From: Lophium mytilinum
Lineage: Eukaryota
Direction: 5' to 3'
Assembly: GCA_010093605.1 (NCBI GenBank)
Contig: MU004192.1
Span: 126,563 to 190,562, forward strand
DNA length: 64,000 nucleotides
Shown here in pieces: positions 35,281-47,464 of the stretch. Position numbers and translations under genes: made by a program. Below the pieces are notes generated by a model. It had not been told where the DNA came from, searched no databases, and worked only from the letters and a program-made list of their open reading frames with translations. The first letter of the stretch is position 1. Every line of letters starts with the position of its first letter.

Positions 35281-36474
35281 TTAAACTTGTGTATCTGGCG
35301 GCAATGGGTTCACTTCCACCCCCCTTTTTCTTTTCCCCTTCCGCTCCTCTCGCACCTCACAAGGACGTGCAGAATTAGCAGAGACAAATTGCTGCGCCCA
35401 CAGTTTCACACTCTCGATTTTTTTTCCTAGGGCTGGCCCGAGCTGACTCGTTGGTATCAGCTCAATTCCAGATCGTGCAAGCAGGTGGAGTTCAGTCCGT
35501 GCTCGCGATATGCCAGGATGAAGACTCTGACCATGCACAGTACCACGGAAGTGACTCAAAGCGATCTTTCGCAGAAGAATCACATCTCCACTTCGCAAAT
35601 AGTCGAGGGCCCTTCGGAGCTGGCTTTGCTTTTCGAGGTTCGTAGCATTTTCTTCTGAGCTCGGGCGCGGCGGTAGCCAAAAGGTCACGGTGAAGTCTAA
35701 GCCCGTTTCATCAGCTACTCGAATGTCATACAGCATCATGACTCTATTCGAGCGTGTTATCACGGAGCGAGGTGGTGAGATTGAGGACACAGTTCCGACA
35801 AGATTAGGGGTCAGTGTTTGCGGATATAGGGAGTCGAGGTATTCGGCCGAAGGAAGTGATCCTAGGGGAGTAATTGGCAGATCCAGAGGCAGTTGAATGT
35901 GAATGTCAGTGCATGCACCCCCAATGGCTGCGAAATTGGTAGTTCCGGACAAGCAACTGGCACTGGAAGGGTTGTTTTGAAAAGGAAAGGATGTGACAGA
36001 AAATGACACCACGTCCTCAAGATCGATTTCGCGGTCATGAGGTGGTTCTATCTGCGAGGATTGAAGCGTCTCATGGAACATGAGCGAGTGTTGTAAGTAC
36101 TGGCTTTGCACATAGGATGTTGAAATATCTGAGGCTGACTCGGGAAATGCAGATGCATTATTGGTATCCGGCTCGAATGAGGCGGCACGCAGGTCGACGG
36201 TCCTCGGGAGAAAGCTTTGAGAGATGCTACCAAGGCGTAGGTCAAATGACGGATTCGAGTTGAAAGATGGGAAGTTGATGTGTGAGAGATATGGAACTGA
36301 ACGCCAGTTTGGGACGGAAGAAAGCTTATCTTGACGGCTTTCTTGAAGAAGCGCTTCCTGGTCTCCAAGAAAGCCTTCAATAGAAGGTAAGAAAGTATCT
36401 TGGAGCACCTCATCAATATCGCATGCTCTGGGAGCACCCGTCAGCAAGAGCACTCGAGGCCGTTGGCCTGCCAT
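35281..36474 (-). CDS. OB-fold nucleic-acid-binding protein (SHLD2-like architecture)
   Basis: Intronless ORF starting 'MAGQRPRVLLLTGAP'. The C-terminal 'NLVGTVSSISPPRSV...DIRVADETGLDFTVTFW...LRSGDVILLRKIALSHFRGTVHGQS' is a typical RPA/SSB-type OB fold. Confidence 0.8.
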   Translation of the reverse strand: MAGQRPRVLLLTGAPRACDIDEVLQDTFLPSIEGFLGDQEALLQESRQDKLSSVPNWRSVPYLSHINFPSFNSNPSFDLRLGSISQSFLPRTVDLRAASFEPDTNNASAFPESASDISTSYVQSQYLQHSLMFHETLQSSQIEPPHDREIDLEDVVSFSVTSFPFQNNPSSASCLSGTTNFAAIGGACTDIHIQLPLDLPITPLGSLPSAEYLDSLYPQTLTPNLVGTVSSISPPRSVITRSNRVMMLYDIRVADETGLDFTVTFWLPPRPSSEENATNLEKQSQLRRALDYLRSGDVILLRKIALSHFRGTVHGQSLHPGISRARTELHLLARSGIELIPTSQLGPALGKKIESVKLWAQQFVSANSARPCEVREERKGKRKRGVEVNPLPPDTQV

Positions 36475-37077
36475 AGTGCATAGCGAAGATGCTGTATGAT
36501 CGGAACTTCTGTCCAGATCTGGTCGAAGCCCAGGAGCACCAATGAAGTGGGCATAGAGCAATCGTCGGCACCGTATTCTCAACCTGTCGAGAGCATCCAA
36601 ATACGTGGAGCTGGCCGAATTGGATGTGAATGACGCGGCTAGTTGAAGGAACGGTGAACGAGGTTACGGTGAGTGAGGTTACGCGCTCGAAGGCTGTTCA
36701 GGCAGCAAAGAAAGAAGCTCGGAGGACACTTCTTCTCCGAACGATAAAATCCGACCGGAGCGGACGTAAGACGAGGCTCACGAGGTGTTCGTTCGTTCTT
36801 ATAAAGCTCAATCTCCGGGAAACCGCTCAGCGGAATTAAGTCTTCCTCTCTGACGTTATTGCAAGTGAAGGTTTTTGATGAGTGCGGCTGCCTTTCCGCG
36901 TCGACCTCAACAACCGCGAAAAGCTCCCGCTTTTACGGCCCCCACTCCTACCATTCGTCTGCTGCTGGATTGGCTGCCACTGGCTAATCTTCCCTTGCGC
37001 AATCTGAGGATCTGATTATAAAGATCGCTTCGCCCATGGCTGCGCCATCCTTCAATCCAAAGGCCCAAGGCTACAAA

Positions 37078-38446
37078 ATGACTTCGAAGATCAAGAATCT
37101 CTACTACCGACTAACGCCTACCCCGTCTTCTACTACGTTGCCAACTGCGGGCTTCTCCAAAGCGCCGACAGCGCCGGCCCTGTTCCCGAAGACCGATCCC
37201 GCATCCGATGGCGACGAATGTGTCCACGACTGCAGCAGTTGCACAATCAAGTACCCGAGCAAATTCGCTATTGACGAGGATGAGGAGTTGTATGGTCATG
37301 TGAAAGGCTGGAGCACGCATTTGATTGTCGCTACGGGAAAATCTGATTGGGTGCGAGATGTCGCTGGTAATTTGCCCCGGTCTGGTACTGCTTCAGTTCA
37401 GCTGACCGAATATAGACGAGAAGGGAAGCATTATGGAGGCTGTAGACAAAGGCACTGTGAAGCCTTCGAATGGGGTGAGCACTTTTCAACATATCCCTTC
37501 TCCGTTCCTCTACCATCTAAAAGGGTGCTTTGACCTATTCTCGGAACTCTGCACAATTGAGCCTCTTTGGATTTTGTCCTACTTTCAAGGCAACCTAGGA
37601 TGGCCCCACCTGTATGGAAGGGCTTCTCTATTTGTGCACGGTGCAGGCATCTGAAAATGACCCAAAGCGCCAAGCAGCGGCATAAAATAGTCGAACTGTG
37701 TCAAACCTCTCATATACAGCACTGCTAACTCCTTTCTTCAGAAACTCATGCTCTCCGCATCGAATATACCTCTTCCCGAGCACGACACTGAAAGCACTAG
37801 AGTTCTGCTTCTACCTGCATTCACATTTATCGACAACGTCACGCCATCCAATGTACCGGATTTGATCACGAGTCACATAAACAAGGGGCCTGTGAATACT
37901 TCTCCGCTCGGTCAACTCCCAGAAACTGCATCCTCTCCAGCATCACCCCCTGAACCGGAAGAAAAGACCTCCTTACAGCCCGCACTAGTCACGGTACCGA
38001 CACTCAAATCTCATCCATGTCCGCACCAGTACCTCATTCTGCTGTGCAGTCAAAAAACACGAGACGCTCGCTGTGGACAGTCCGCGCCACTTCTACGTCG
38101 TGAATTCGAGCGCCATCTAAGGCCCATGGGATTATATCGGGACCTGCACGATGAAAGACCAGGGGGCGTCGGCATCTACTTTATAAGCCATGTGGGCGGC
38201 CACAAATTCTCCGCGAATGTCATGATATATCGAAAGGAGACCCCGAGCCAGCCCAGCGACGCTACGATGACAGCTGCGGAATCCTCGGGCTCAGGACAAG
38301 CGGCCCAGTGCATATGGCTTGCTCGAGTGAGGCCCGAGGATTGTGAGAACATTGTAAGATATACTGTTCTACAAGGAAAGCTGGTAAAGCCAGAGAGGCA
38401 ACTCAGAGGTGGATTTGACAGGTGTAAGCAGCTGGTCAGTTGGTGA
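37078..38446 (+). CDS. Sucrase/ferredoxin-like (Apd1/Aim32 family) 2Fe-2S thioredoxin-like protein
   Basis: C-x8-C 'CSQKTRDARCG' and 'SHVGGHKF', plus 'HLIVATGKSDW'. Introns about 37366-37415 and 37474-37741. An alternative start lies at 37036. Confidence 0.9.
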
Positions 38447-38849
38447 TGATTTGGAAGCCAGGAGCGATCATTTACGTCTTGGAGTTTCGCGGGTGCTTAC
38501 AGCTATCAATTACTATAGACGCTATCGCAGAGGAGCATAGGCATAAAGAATTCGATGACAAGGCACACATAGAGGTGCGTGTAGACTTTATAAACTTTGA
38601 GTCCAGCAACATGAGGTTCTCAGAATAAGATCGATCTGTTAAGACAAAATAGTGACAGATTTGGGGCATCGGGCTACTAAAGGACCCTGAGTGCATTCCT
38701 AAGGATACCACTAATCTCAAATTCCAGGAGAGTTGAGACGCCTGAGCGATCGTCGTTGTGTAGATGAGCGAGACGAAATGACGTGGAAGCTTCACAAGGT
38801 CCCGGATCCCAGGTTTCCGAATAGAACAGTGGCGTCCCAGTTTGCCTAC

Positions 38850-39176
38850 TTAGCATAATCGGTCCGTATACGATGCCTGGGACCCTGTTAGTACGCAGTT
38901 TTTGTTTGGTGGGTTCAAGATATTGTAGCACCTCAATTCAGCATTGTCTACAAGCTGTGCAGCGGGCAGCGGCGTGGAACCTTTAGAGGGCAACTTCAGT
39001 TGCCTCATGACTTCTTTAACGTCCAAGAGCTGTGACCTAACGTCCAACAGCAGATAGCAACCACCCACAAGTAAGAGTGCGATGAGTGTAAGCAAAGGTA
39101 CGACAGCAGGAAGCCAAAATGTAAGACTTCGAATCACATCATCGGATCCGGGAGACAGCAAGTTCAGAAGGCTCAT
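38850..39176 (-). CDS. Possible small single-pass membrane protein (108 aa)
   Basis: ATG ORF with one hydrophobic segment 'FWLPAVVPLLTLIALLLVGGCYLLL' followed by an amphipathic stretch. No recognised family. Confidence 0.3.
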   Translation of the reverse strand: MSLLNLLSPGSDDVIRSLTFWLPAVVPLLTLIALLLVGGCYLLLDVRSQLLDVKEVMRQLKLPSKGSTPLPAAQLVDNAELRCYNILNPPNKNCVLTGSQASYTDRLC

Positions 39177-39679
39177 AGGGACAAAGAGGTTGTAGCAGGG
39201 TTGTAACTTTTTGGGATGATTTTCTGGTTGAAATCTGAAGTGCCTTGGTCGCAAACTTGGCCTTGGGCTTCTAGGCAATGAACTCTGTTGTTTGTAAGAG
39301 CTAATCGCGGAACGTGAGATGATGCCTGATGCTGCACAGTTAACCCCGCACAACCCCTGCGTACCCCGCACAACCCCTGCATTGTATAGCTAAGTGAAGC
39401 AAGCAGGTCTAGAAACAAATGGGGCTATATAGAATAGAAAGTATATATTAAATATAATGTAGTTTAATATAGTTTAGTTTCCTAGTAATAAGTTATATAA
39501 TTTTTTACTAGTAGTTTTATATATTCTTTTTTAATAAGTATAGCCCTCTACTATTAATTTCTATTATTCTTATTTAATAAGAAAGCTTAAAGACTTATCT
39601 AAAGTACTAGTTTTATATCTATATATATATAGCTATAGCGCCTGTCTATCTTATTATATATTATATCTAATTTCTATAG

Positions 39680-39949
39680 TTATATATATATATTATGGTA
39701 GTATAAGCGTTATCCTTATATATAATAGGCTTAAAAGTCTTTGAATAGAATAAAACTATAAGCATTTAAATAGAATATAAAAAAGTTAGATAATATTAGA
39801 AGGATATTTAAGAAGCGTCTTGTAATATATTAAATTATATATACATACTAGATTACTATTAGTATAGGATAGAACTTGAGTAATATAGTTTCTATCTATC
39901 TATCTATCTATCTATCGGTCTATCTATCTATCTATCTATCTATTGATCG

Positions 39950-40005
<56 letters not shown>

Positions 40006-40054
40006 GTCTATCTATCTATCTATCTATTTAGATTCTAATTTTATACCTTTAATA
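39680..40054 (-). mobile_element. Family B LTR copy, inverted, with expanded (TATC)n tract
   Basis: The reverse complement aligns with 31085-31380. The left boundary is blurred. Confidence 0.6.
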
Positions 40055-40791
40055 TAGTAGTATATAGCTATTGAATAGATATATAGTATAGATTGTAGTA
40101 CTATATAAGTAGAGTAGTATATAGATTATATAGAGAGAATAAGATAGGCTATAAAGAGTATTTTAAGATGTATTAAATAGCCTAGAATAGGTCCTAGAAA
40201 AAGTTTGAGGCTAGAGAAGTTCAGAGGCTACAAGAGGAGGATAACTAAGCTAGAAAGTTCTATTCTTTCTCCCTCTTTCTCTATACTTCCTTTCTATCTA
40301 CTATTTAGTATAAGCTTAGCGTAATGGAAGGGCTATAGGTAGATAGAAGTAAAAGTATTATATAATAATATTATAATTAAGAAGAGGGTTTAGATAAAAA
40401 TAGAAGTAAGCTAGATAAAGCTTATATTTTACTCTAGAGAGTATAAGCTATAACCTAGTTTAAGGTAATATTATTAAATAGGTTAGAAAAACAACCCTTT
40501 AAAATAGATAGATAGATGGAACCTACAGGCTAGAAATAGACTCGGGAGTAGGAGAAGGATATGCTGGTATAGTGCTAGAATAGATAAAGATAAAGGTGTT
40601 GGTTAAAAGAAGAGGATAATATATCTAGTTAGTAGACAGCTAAGGGACTAATAGCTGCCCAGCATGGAGCTATTAATAGGCCCACGTCTGTAAGGAATAG
40701 CTAGCCTATTAGTATAAGGATACTATAGATAATGTAAAGTAGCTATCTTTTAAGGTAGCTATAGGGCGTAGTATATAATAGCAGTAATAGA

Positions 40792-41048
40792 TATTAAAGG
40801 TATAGAGTTAATGTAAAAACGGATGGATAGATAGATAGGAATTATATTACTTAAGTTCTATCCTACATCGGCAGCAATGGAGTATATATACAGCATTTAA
40901 TGCATTATAAAATGATTCTCTAATGTTCTTGTAATATTATCTAACGTTTATTGTATTACGTTTAAATGCTTATGGTTTTGTCCTGTTTAAAGGCTTTTAA
41001 GCCTATTATGCGTAAGGGTATAATACTTATGCTATTGCAAACCTTATA
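40792..41048. mobile_element. Solo LTR, family B
   Basis: Homologous to 31085-31388 and flanked by a perfect ATAGA duplication (40787-40791 and 41049-41053). Confidence 0.8.
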
Positions 41049-41479
41049 ATAGATAGCTCTAGGAACCTTACCCTTTCTATAGGCTCTAACTCTTAGTATA
41101 CTTACTTTAGAGGAAGGATAAACCCCTTACTAATAATACTATCTATATAGCCTAAAAGAATAGACACGCGTATTAGTTTATTATATATAGAGGAATATAA
41201 GCGATAACTTATTATAATAAGCTTAAGGAGTGAATTAGATGCATATAGGTAGTAGCTAGTTTAGCTAGCTAGCCGCTATAGAAGCGGAATAGCATTAACG
41301 GATGTAGTAAGTAGAAAACTATAGTAGGGGACTTTAGTAAGAGGGTTACTATAAATTCTACTATATATAACTGTTATAGCTTTATAGTATATATATATCC
41401 TAGCTGTATAGCTATATACCTTCTCTAGTATACTACAGGTTATATGCTCTACTATATACTTCTATTATATACTTCCTGT

Positions 41480-42020
41480 TTCTATAAGAAATAGAACAGA
41501 ACAATATTGCCGCCTAATAAGTAACTGCTTAATAGGCATTATACTACCTATATAATATACAGCCTTCCCGTTAAATTTAGCCCTCCTATTCCCCTAGCCT
41601 ATACAGCTCCTTCCACTTAACTCCTTTCTCCAACCTGCCTTTAAGGAAGAACACATATGCGCCCGCACTGCGCGCGTGCCCTTACGCTAGTCCTACACCA
41701 GCTATTCGCCCCAGATTCCAATCAACCTAACCTAAACCTAGGAGGATGACTACGGCCTAATCTGGATCAATCTAGGAGGATGTATTAAGATAGCTTATTC
41801 TATGGCAGGCCTAATAAACCTACTATGCGTCCCTAATAGCTAAACAACGCCATATAAGAGAGAGAGCGCTCGGCTTCATACACAGTAGAGGAGAAAGTTC
41901 TTATCTAATAGCTACTTGGTAGCAAATGGTTTCTCCTTATAACTACCCTAGAAAGAATAGCTGCATAGACCCTAACGGAAGCTACACTAGCGTAATAGAA
42001 TTTAATAGTAAAAAATAATA
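41480..42020 (+). repeat. Repeat family A copy, inverted relative to the copies in the first island
   Basis: Reverse-complement match to 28678-29070 with about 120 bp extra. Ends '...GCTACACTAGCGTAATAGAATTTAATAGTAAAAAATAATA'. Confidence 0.75.
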
Positions 42021-42022
42021 GT

Positions 42023-42097
42023 AGATAGATAGATACAAAGATAGGTAGATATAAAGATAGAAAGATATAAAGATAGATAGATAGATAAATAGATGGG

Positions 42098-42164
<67 letters not shown>

Positions 42165-42377
42165 GAATTATATTACTTAAGTTCTATTTTATACTAATAG
42201 CAAGAGAGTTATATATATGCGCTATTTAATGCTTTGTAAAATATATCTCTAACGTTCCTGTAATATTATCTAACATTTATTGTATTATGTTTACATGCTT
42301 ATAGTTTTGTTCCGTTTAAAGGCCTTTAATCCTATTATGCGTACGGATATAACGCTTATATTATTACAAAACTTACA
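42023..42377. mobile_element. Family B LTR copy lacking its left end; retains a CA terminus (..ACTTACA)
   Basis: Long (GATA)n tract followed by the family B body. Confidence 0.65.
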
Positions 42378-42902
42378 ATGAATATAGTAACTAGAAGATA
42401 AAGTCTATAAATCTATTTTAAGCTAGAAGTAAGTTAAATCTAGGTATATATTCTATTATAAATGTAGATATTTAATATATAGTAAGTAACCTAATTCTAG
42501 ATAGCTATATCTATAATAGTAGACTAGTATGTCTTTAATCTATTTTCTAAATACTAATATTACTAAATCTTATACCTAACTCCTATATATCTATAAGGAT
42601 TACTATTTACCTACTACCTACTTTATATATCTAAAATAAGATCCTCGGCTGTCCCTGCTATCTATATAAGCTTTATAATCCTTCCCCTTTATTTAACCCG
42701 TGTCCTGCTCTCTAAAGAATGTAGATTAAGTGACCACTGGCATGTTCTTGTATAGACGAGAATTATTCCATTTAGGCGGAGTAGAGAATAGGCACCAAGT
42801 AGACTAGAGTAGAACTAGTGAACACGGTGTTGCATTACACGCTGATTACATCATCCACCACAGACCTTTTAAAACCCCTTGCCTGCATGAATCAACCCCA
42901 CT

Positions 42903-43437
42903 CTATTGCACCAACTCCTGCTGGCCCGCACAATCAATCGTCCCGTCCACCTTAGCCACCCAGCCCGAGCGACTTCCTGCCCACAGCTCAAACGCCGGCT
43001 TCGCGGCCACCTCCATCGTCTTGACTCGCCCGCCCTCGACGTCGCCATCCTCAGCCTCCTTGTCCATCAAACCGGCCTTGAGGATAGTCAGGCCGGCGAA
43101 GAACGGCGTGCGTCTGTACATGGTGCTGCCGCAGGTGCCGCACAGGAAGCTGGTCATGCGGTTGTTGCTGTCGGTCGTCATGACGTACTCGACCATGGGC
43201 TTCGAGTCGGCGGGGTGCGTTACAGCCGCATCGGGGACGACGATGTTGGTGCTGTAGTCGGAGCCCGTGATTTTCTTGCAGACGGCGCAATGGCAGAGGA
43301 ACTGGGGCGGATTAGTGAGAACATAGTGGTTAAGGGAATGTTGAAGGAAAAAGAAGGGGGGAGCGGCTTACGGTTGTCACTGGGGCACCCGTGTAGGAGA
43401 GCTTGACGGCTCCACAGAGGCAGCTGGCGGAAGGCAT
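42903..43437 (-). CDS. GFA/CENP-V (Mss4-like) zinc-binding protein
   Basis: Two exons read 'MPSASCLCGAVKL', 'FLCHCAVCKKITGS' and 'FLCGTCGSTMY'. Intron about 43302-43371. Confidence 0.9.
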
Positions 43438-43609
43438 GGTAGTGAGACTATTGGGTTGGAAGTGGGTTGGTTTTTTGCGAAGTATGAAGTCTGAGTAGGT
43501 GGATTGAGAGATTGAGATGGTTTAGATGATGCTATTTATGAGTACTTGCAAACCTTCTTATATCTTTTCTTTCTCTCTTCGTCAATGGCCTGAAAGTGGG
43601 ACTTCGACC

Positions 43610-43868
43610 TAATTGATTATTCTTGCCGGTATGAAGAAGTTGAGAACTCTATTTGCAGCCGTGATATGCCCCAAACGGACCAAAGTTCCTGAAAAAGGAA
43701 GTAGCACTTTGTCATGTCGAAGTGTGGTTACTAGGGATTAGGCCCATCTGATTGCAATCTCGCCAGCATGAAGGAGTTCGGAATTTCATCTGCACCAGTG
43801 ATATGTCCTAAATGAGCCAAACTTCCTGCAAAAGGTAGGAGCACATTATCATGTCGAGTAGGGGTTAC
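43610..43868. repeat. Diverged tandem duplication, period about 137 bp, upstream of the GFA gene
   Basis: GTGATATGCCCCAAACGGACCAAAGTTCCTGAAAAAGG.. (43661) aligns with GTGATATGTCCTAAATGAGCCAAACTTCCTGCAAAAGG.. (43798). Confidence 0.8.
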
Positions 43869-44548
43869 CTTCGTAGGTGACTTCAGCTTACTGTCTGCAC
43901 TTGAGGCGGTGGTCTGCCTGAGCTAGCAGCCTAGAATGCATCATTGAAGGGGCTAGGCGAATCGGCCCAAATGGAACGTTGAACATACATGCATATTTGG
44001 AATTCCAGTAGGAGGCTTGATTCAGTATTTTTGACATCCTCTAGGGAAGAACTTCATGCCGTCGGCATGATGACGAAGAACCAAAATGGGATTAGCGGCT
44101 AGATTACCTACTTCACGCTGATGAGTAATTCTGAAATCTAACGTTGCTGCAACGAGACTAACGCCTAGTGACAGAGTTTTGGAGACTGGAGCTAGCAACA
44201 CCGGAATACGAAAAGAGTTGAAGACAGACAAAGATTGTGATTGGTGGAAAAGAGTAAGGTTTACTAGGTGGAGTTTCTCATCGCGCGTGCGAAAGCACTT
44301 GTTACCACAATCCACTAAAACTCCGGTAATGGTACAAACTTCAACGACACAGAGGGCATGTCAATTTAGTCGGTAATTTGTCCTATTATCTGTCTTTAGT
44401 CATTGGATTATCAAAGGTGTAGATCACGGAGACGAGTACTTGTAATCCTCCTTTTAAGTAAATGTCTACCCCTTTTCAAGTATACATATACCAAGCCAAC
44501 GTTTGCTCGAAGAGAACACATTCCAAAAACCTAACACTGTCCAGAAAG

Positions 44549-47015
44549 TCAGGGATTTGACGCCCATATCCAACCCTGCTCTTGACTGATAAAGTAATCG
44601 TCCGTGGAGCATACGTGATTGAGAGCGGAAAGGCCGAGATTAGTTACGGAGTCGTCAGGGCCTTCGTTCATCGCTAAAAAGAAGTAAGTAATCTGAATGA
44701 ACAGAAGAACGATATAAGCTCTTGTGAAGAACAACTAATGAGTCAACCTACTTAATCCGAGATCCAATAGAGCTTGAGTCATTGATGTGTCTTCACAGAA
44801 ATCGAAATAGCAGTCACCAGTGGTTTCGTCCTCTGTCAAATGCTCCGCCTCATCGCCGGGCCGAAGATCATCTAGGACCACGCGTTCCGAAGTTAGTGGC
44901 ATAGTCGATTCGTTTGGAGACTTTCCCTGCGCCATCTCGCTGGTTCGACCCACTCCTGACTGGCTCGTTGTGCAATCCTTTTCAACTGTCGCTCTTTCGT
45001 CACCCGCTGCTTTTGTAGTAGAACCTTCGATATCCAGCATCTTGTCCAGCTCCTTTTTGAACACAAGCTCTATCAGCTTCTTTAGCACATGCAGTCCCTG
45101 CTCCGCGACAATTGATTTGTCTTTCAGTTGTGTTTGCATCTTCATTATATTCCTCACGCCTATCTTGCATTCATGACTATCTTTCCCTAGCGGATTCAAG
45201 CTTGTCATGATGGACAATGCGATCCCCGCTGTGAGTAGATGCACGCAGATGAAAGCGAGCGCATATGTGTTGGACGCTTCTTTGGATATTGGAGAAGACA
45301 CAAGATTGGAGATCTTGAGCGCCGCTTCTCTGCATGCCTTGATGGAAGACTGGAATGGGTCGAGGGCTTGAGACGGGCCGACACTGGTGGAATCACCTGG
45401 AACAACCATCTTATAAGAGAGTAATGGCCTATGGACGAGAATCTTGGCATTTTCGTACGCAAGCTGTAGTATAAGTGCTTGAACTTGAAAAAGATGGTGT
45501 TCAAATGCCGTGTCATGTGGACTTGTGCTATGGTACGTTTCGGAAGAGAGGTGATTTTGAGTGGACAATACACTGGAATCCTTCCATCTCAATTCGATCG
45601 AAAGGCCGGCGTGCCATTGCTGAAGCTGCTTGTCGAAAGTTGCAACGTTGGAGATAAGGCGTTGTAGGCGCGATGCGTTTTCCGGAGCTGAGGACGCTTG
45701 CTTTGGGACACCTTGAGGTGTGCTGTACAAGTCGATCAAAGCACTCTTCACAATGACTGAGAGCTTCAACATGGAACTCTTGTACGATAGGAGAGTCGTT
45801 TCGAAGGGCAATTTCCCTTCTACACAACTCGAGTACTGATCATGTGGATCCATCAAATCAACGTCGCAATCGCGGTCGGAGATGCTAACAGGGAAGCCGT
45901 AGAGCATGGAGCAGAACGTTTCAACTTCGTATACAGCCCACCAGCAGCGCTTCCTTATTTCTTCAGCGTGTCTATTGACCACATCGTGTGCTGGTGTCTT
46001 TCGGTGCAGATTTAGTGCTTGAGCTATACGTAGACCGCATCCGCAGATTGGCCAAGCGGATTCTGGTTCTCCACGGTATAGATAGTAGCTACCAAGTAGA
46101 GTGCAAGTCTGGACTGCTTCAATGGTTCCTAAGGCGACAATGTCGAGAAAACTTGTCCTTAGGGTGGTAAGAATGTTCTCTTGCAAGGCTTGCGGTTCCG
46201 CTCCACAAGAAACGAGGCTTCGCTTCTGCTCCTCTCCTAAGTCATGCAGACTAACCACAAAGACAGCTAGTAGCAAACTCATGAATCCGAACTGGGCGCC
46301 GTTGGGTGCCGGATGGCTGCTAGTGCCGTTATAGAGGTCTGTGAACTTGTTCCTGAAGTCATCTTGGTAAAAGACAAGCGTGAACCAGTGGACACGGTCG
46401 AAGTAGGTCTCCACGAGCAACTTAGCTGACTCGAGCGGCGGGAGCATTAACAACAGCTTCATGGTAGCGGAGCTCGACCCTTTGCAGCGCTGCCCTCGTC
46501 TGCTGGCGCCGTTGAGCGAACTGACCGTTTCGACAGGAGTCGTGGTTTCGTGGCGCTGAAATGCTTCTTTGACAAATGTGATTGCCGAGCTCGAATTCCA
46601 GGGTGTTTCAGCCGGAGAAGCAGACGAGGGAGGCCTTTCTGATGTCGTAGCTGGGACGCTTTCACGCCGCGCTGGGGTGACACGGCGACGCTTCGTAGGT
46701 CTAGCACATTCGGAGTCATCTTCCTTCTCTCGTACCCCAGTCGATCGTGGCGCTGGATGGTGTGCTCTCCAAATATCAGGTTCGACAGCGGTACAGCGAG
46801 CATCAGCGCGGACACACAGAGTACACGGCCGCTGTACGTCGCACTGATAGGGTTGGGTTATTACATGCTCAGAAGGATTATAGAAGAGAACCGACTTTCA
46901 GCTTTTGCTTCCGGCATCGTTCACATGCTTTCGGAACTTTTTTGGGATCTCCTCCCTTTAGCAAGACAGGCGTAGTAATAGATGATTCATCCGGGATGTC
47001 TGTTAATCTCACCAT
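44549..47015 (-). CDS. Zn(II)2Cys6 fungal transcription factor with fungal-specific TF (middle homology) domain
   Basis: ATG at 47015. 'ACERCRKQKLK' joins across intron 46895-46844 to 'CDVQRPCTLCVRADARC' and continues in frame into the 575-aa ORF ('LRIAQALNLHR', 'RKRCWWAVY'). A last intron at about 44751-44674 leads to '...GWIWASNP*'. Confidence 0.9.
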
Positions 47016-47464
47016 CGAAGTTTCCTAGTAAGAAAAGTAATGGGGCCCTGGAAAGTAAGAAGACAAAGCCGGTGGTGCATCTTGCGAGGCGAAAGAATTG
47101 CGTGGACGTTAGATGAGGCGTGACAACGCTCGGCATTTCGTGCAGTAGATTATTCCGCCGGCAACCCTTACCGAATCCAGCAATAGCTTCCGAGTGGCGG
47201 TACGCTCACCCTTTCCGATGCAATTGCTCAACATGTTTACATGTCCACCGGAGGATATCTCTCTACTGATCTTTTAGTATGGTCATTCTCGATGACGATT
47301 CCTTCACGCAGTCGTAGAAACTCCTATTTAAAGCAGGAGATGGACTGCCACAGGGTAGGAGAAGTCCTTAGATCTTACAGCTCAAAACAACCATTCCACA
47401 AAAAGTGTTCAGCTTCATCTACGTCTCTTCTGCAACTTATATTCATTGCCTTTCGCTCTACAAA

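Larger units (their letters stand above)
39415..42720. mobile_element. AT-rich island of RIP-degenerated repeats
   Basis: Same compositional signature as the first island. Contains family A and B copies and long (TATC)n/(GATA)n tracts at about 39890-40027 and 42023-42164. Confidence 0.92.

Noticed and set aside
41800..41850. Hammerhead ribozyme core (deRIPped CTGATGA) in family A
   Set aside because: The less-mutated copy reads CTAATAGAC, which does not fit CTGATGA, and no supporting stems were found.
28560..42720. Starship giant transposon boundary, or a telomere
   Set aside because: No tyrosine-recombinase captain-like ORF is recognisable and there are no (TTAGGG)n arrays. The flanking genes are ordinary conserved genes.
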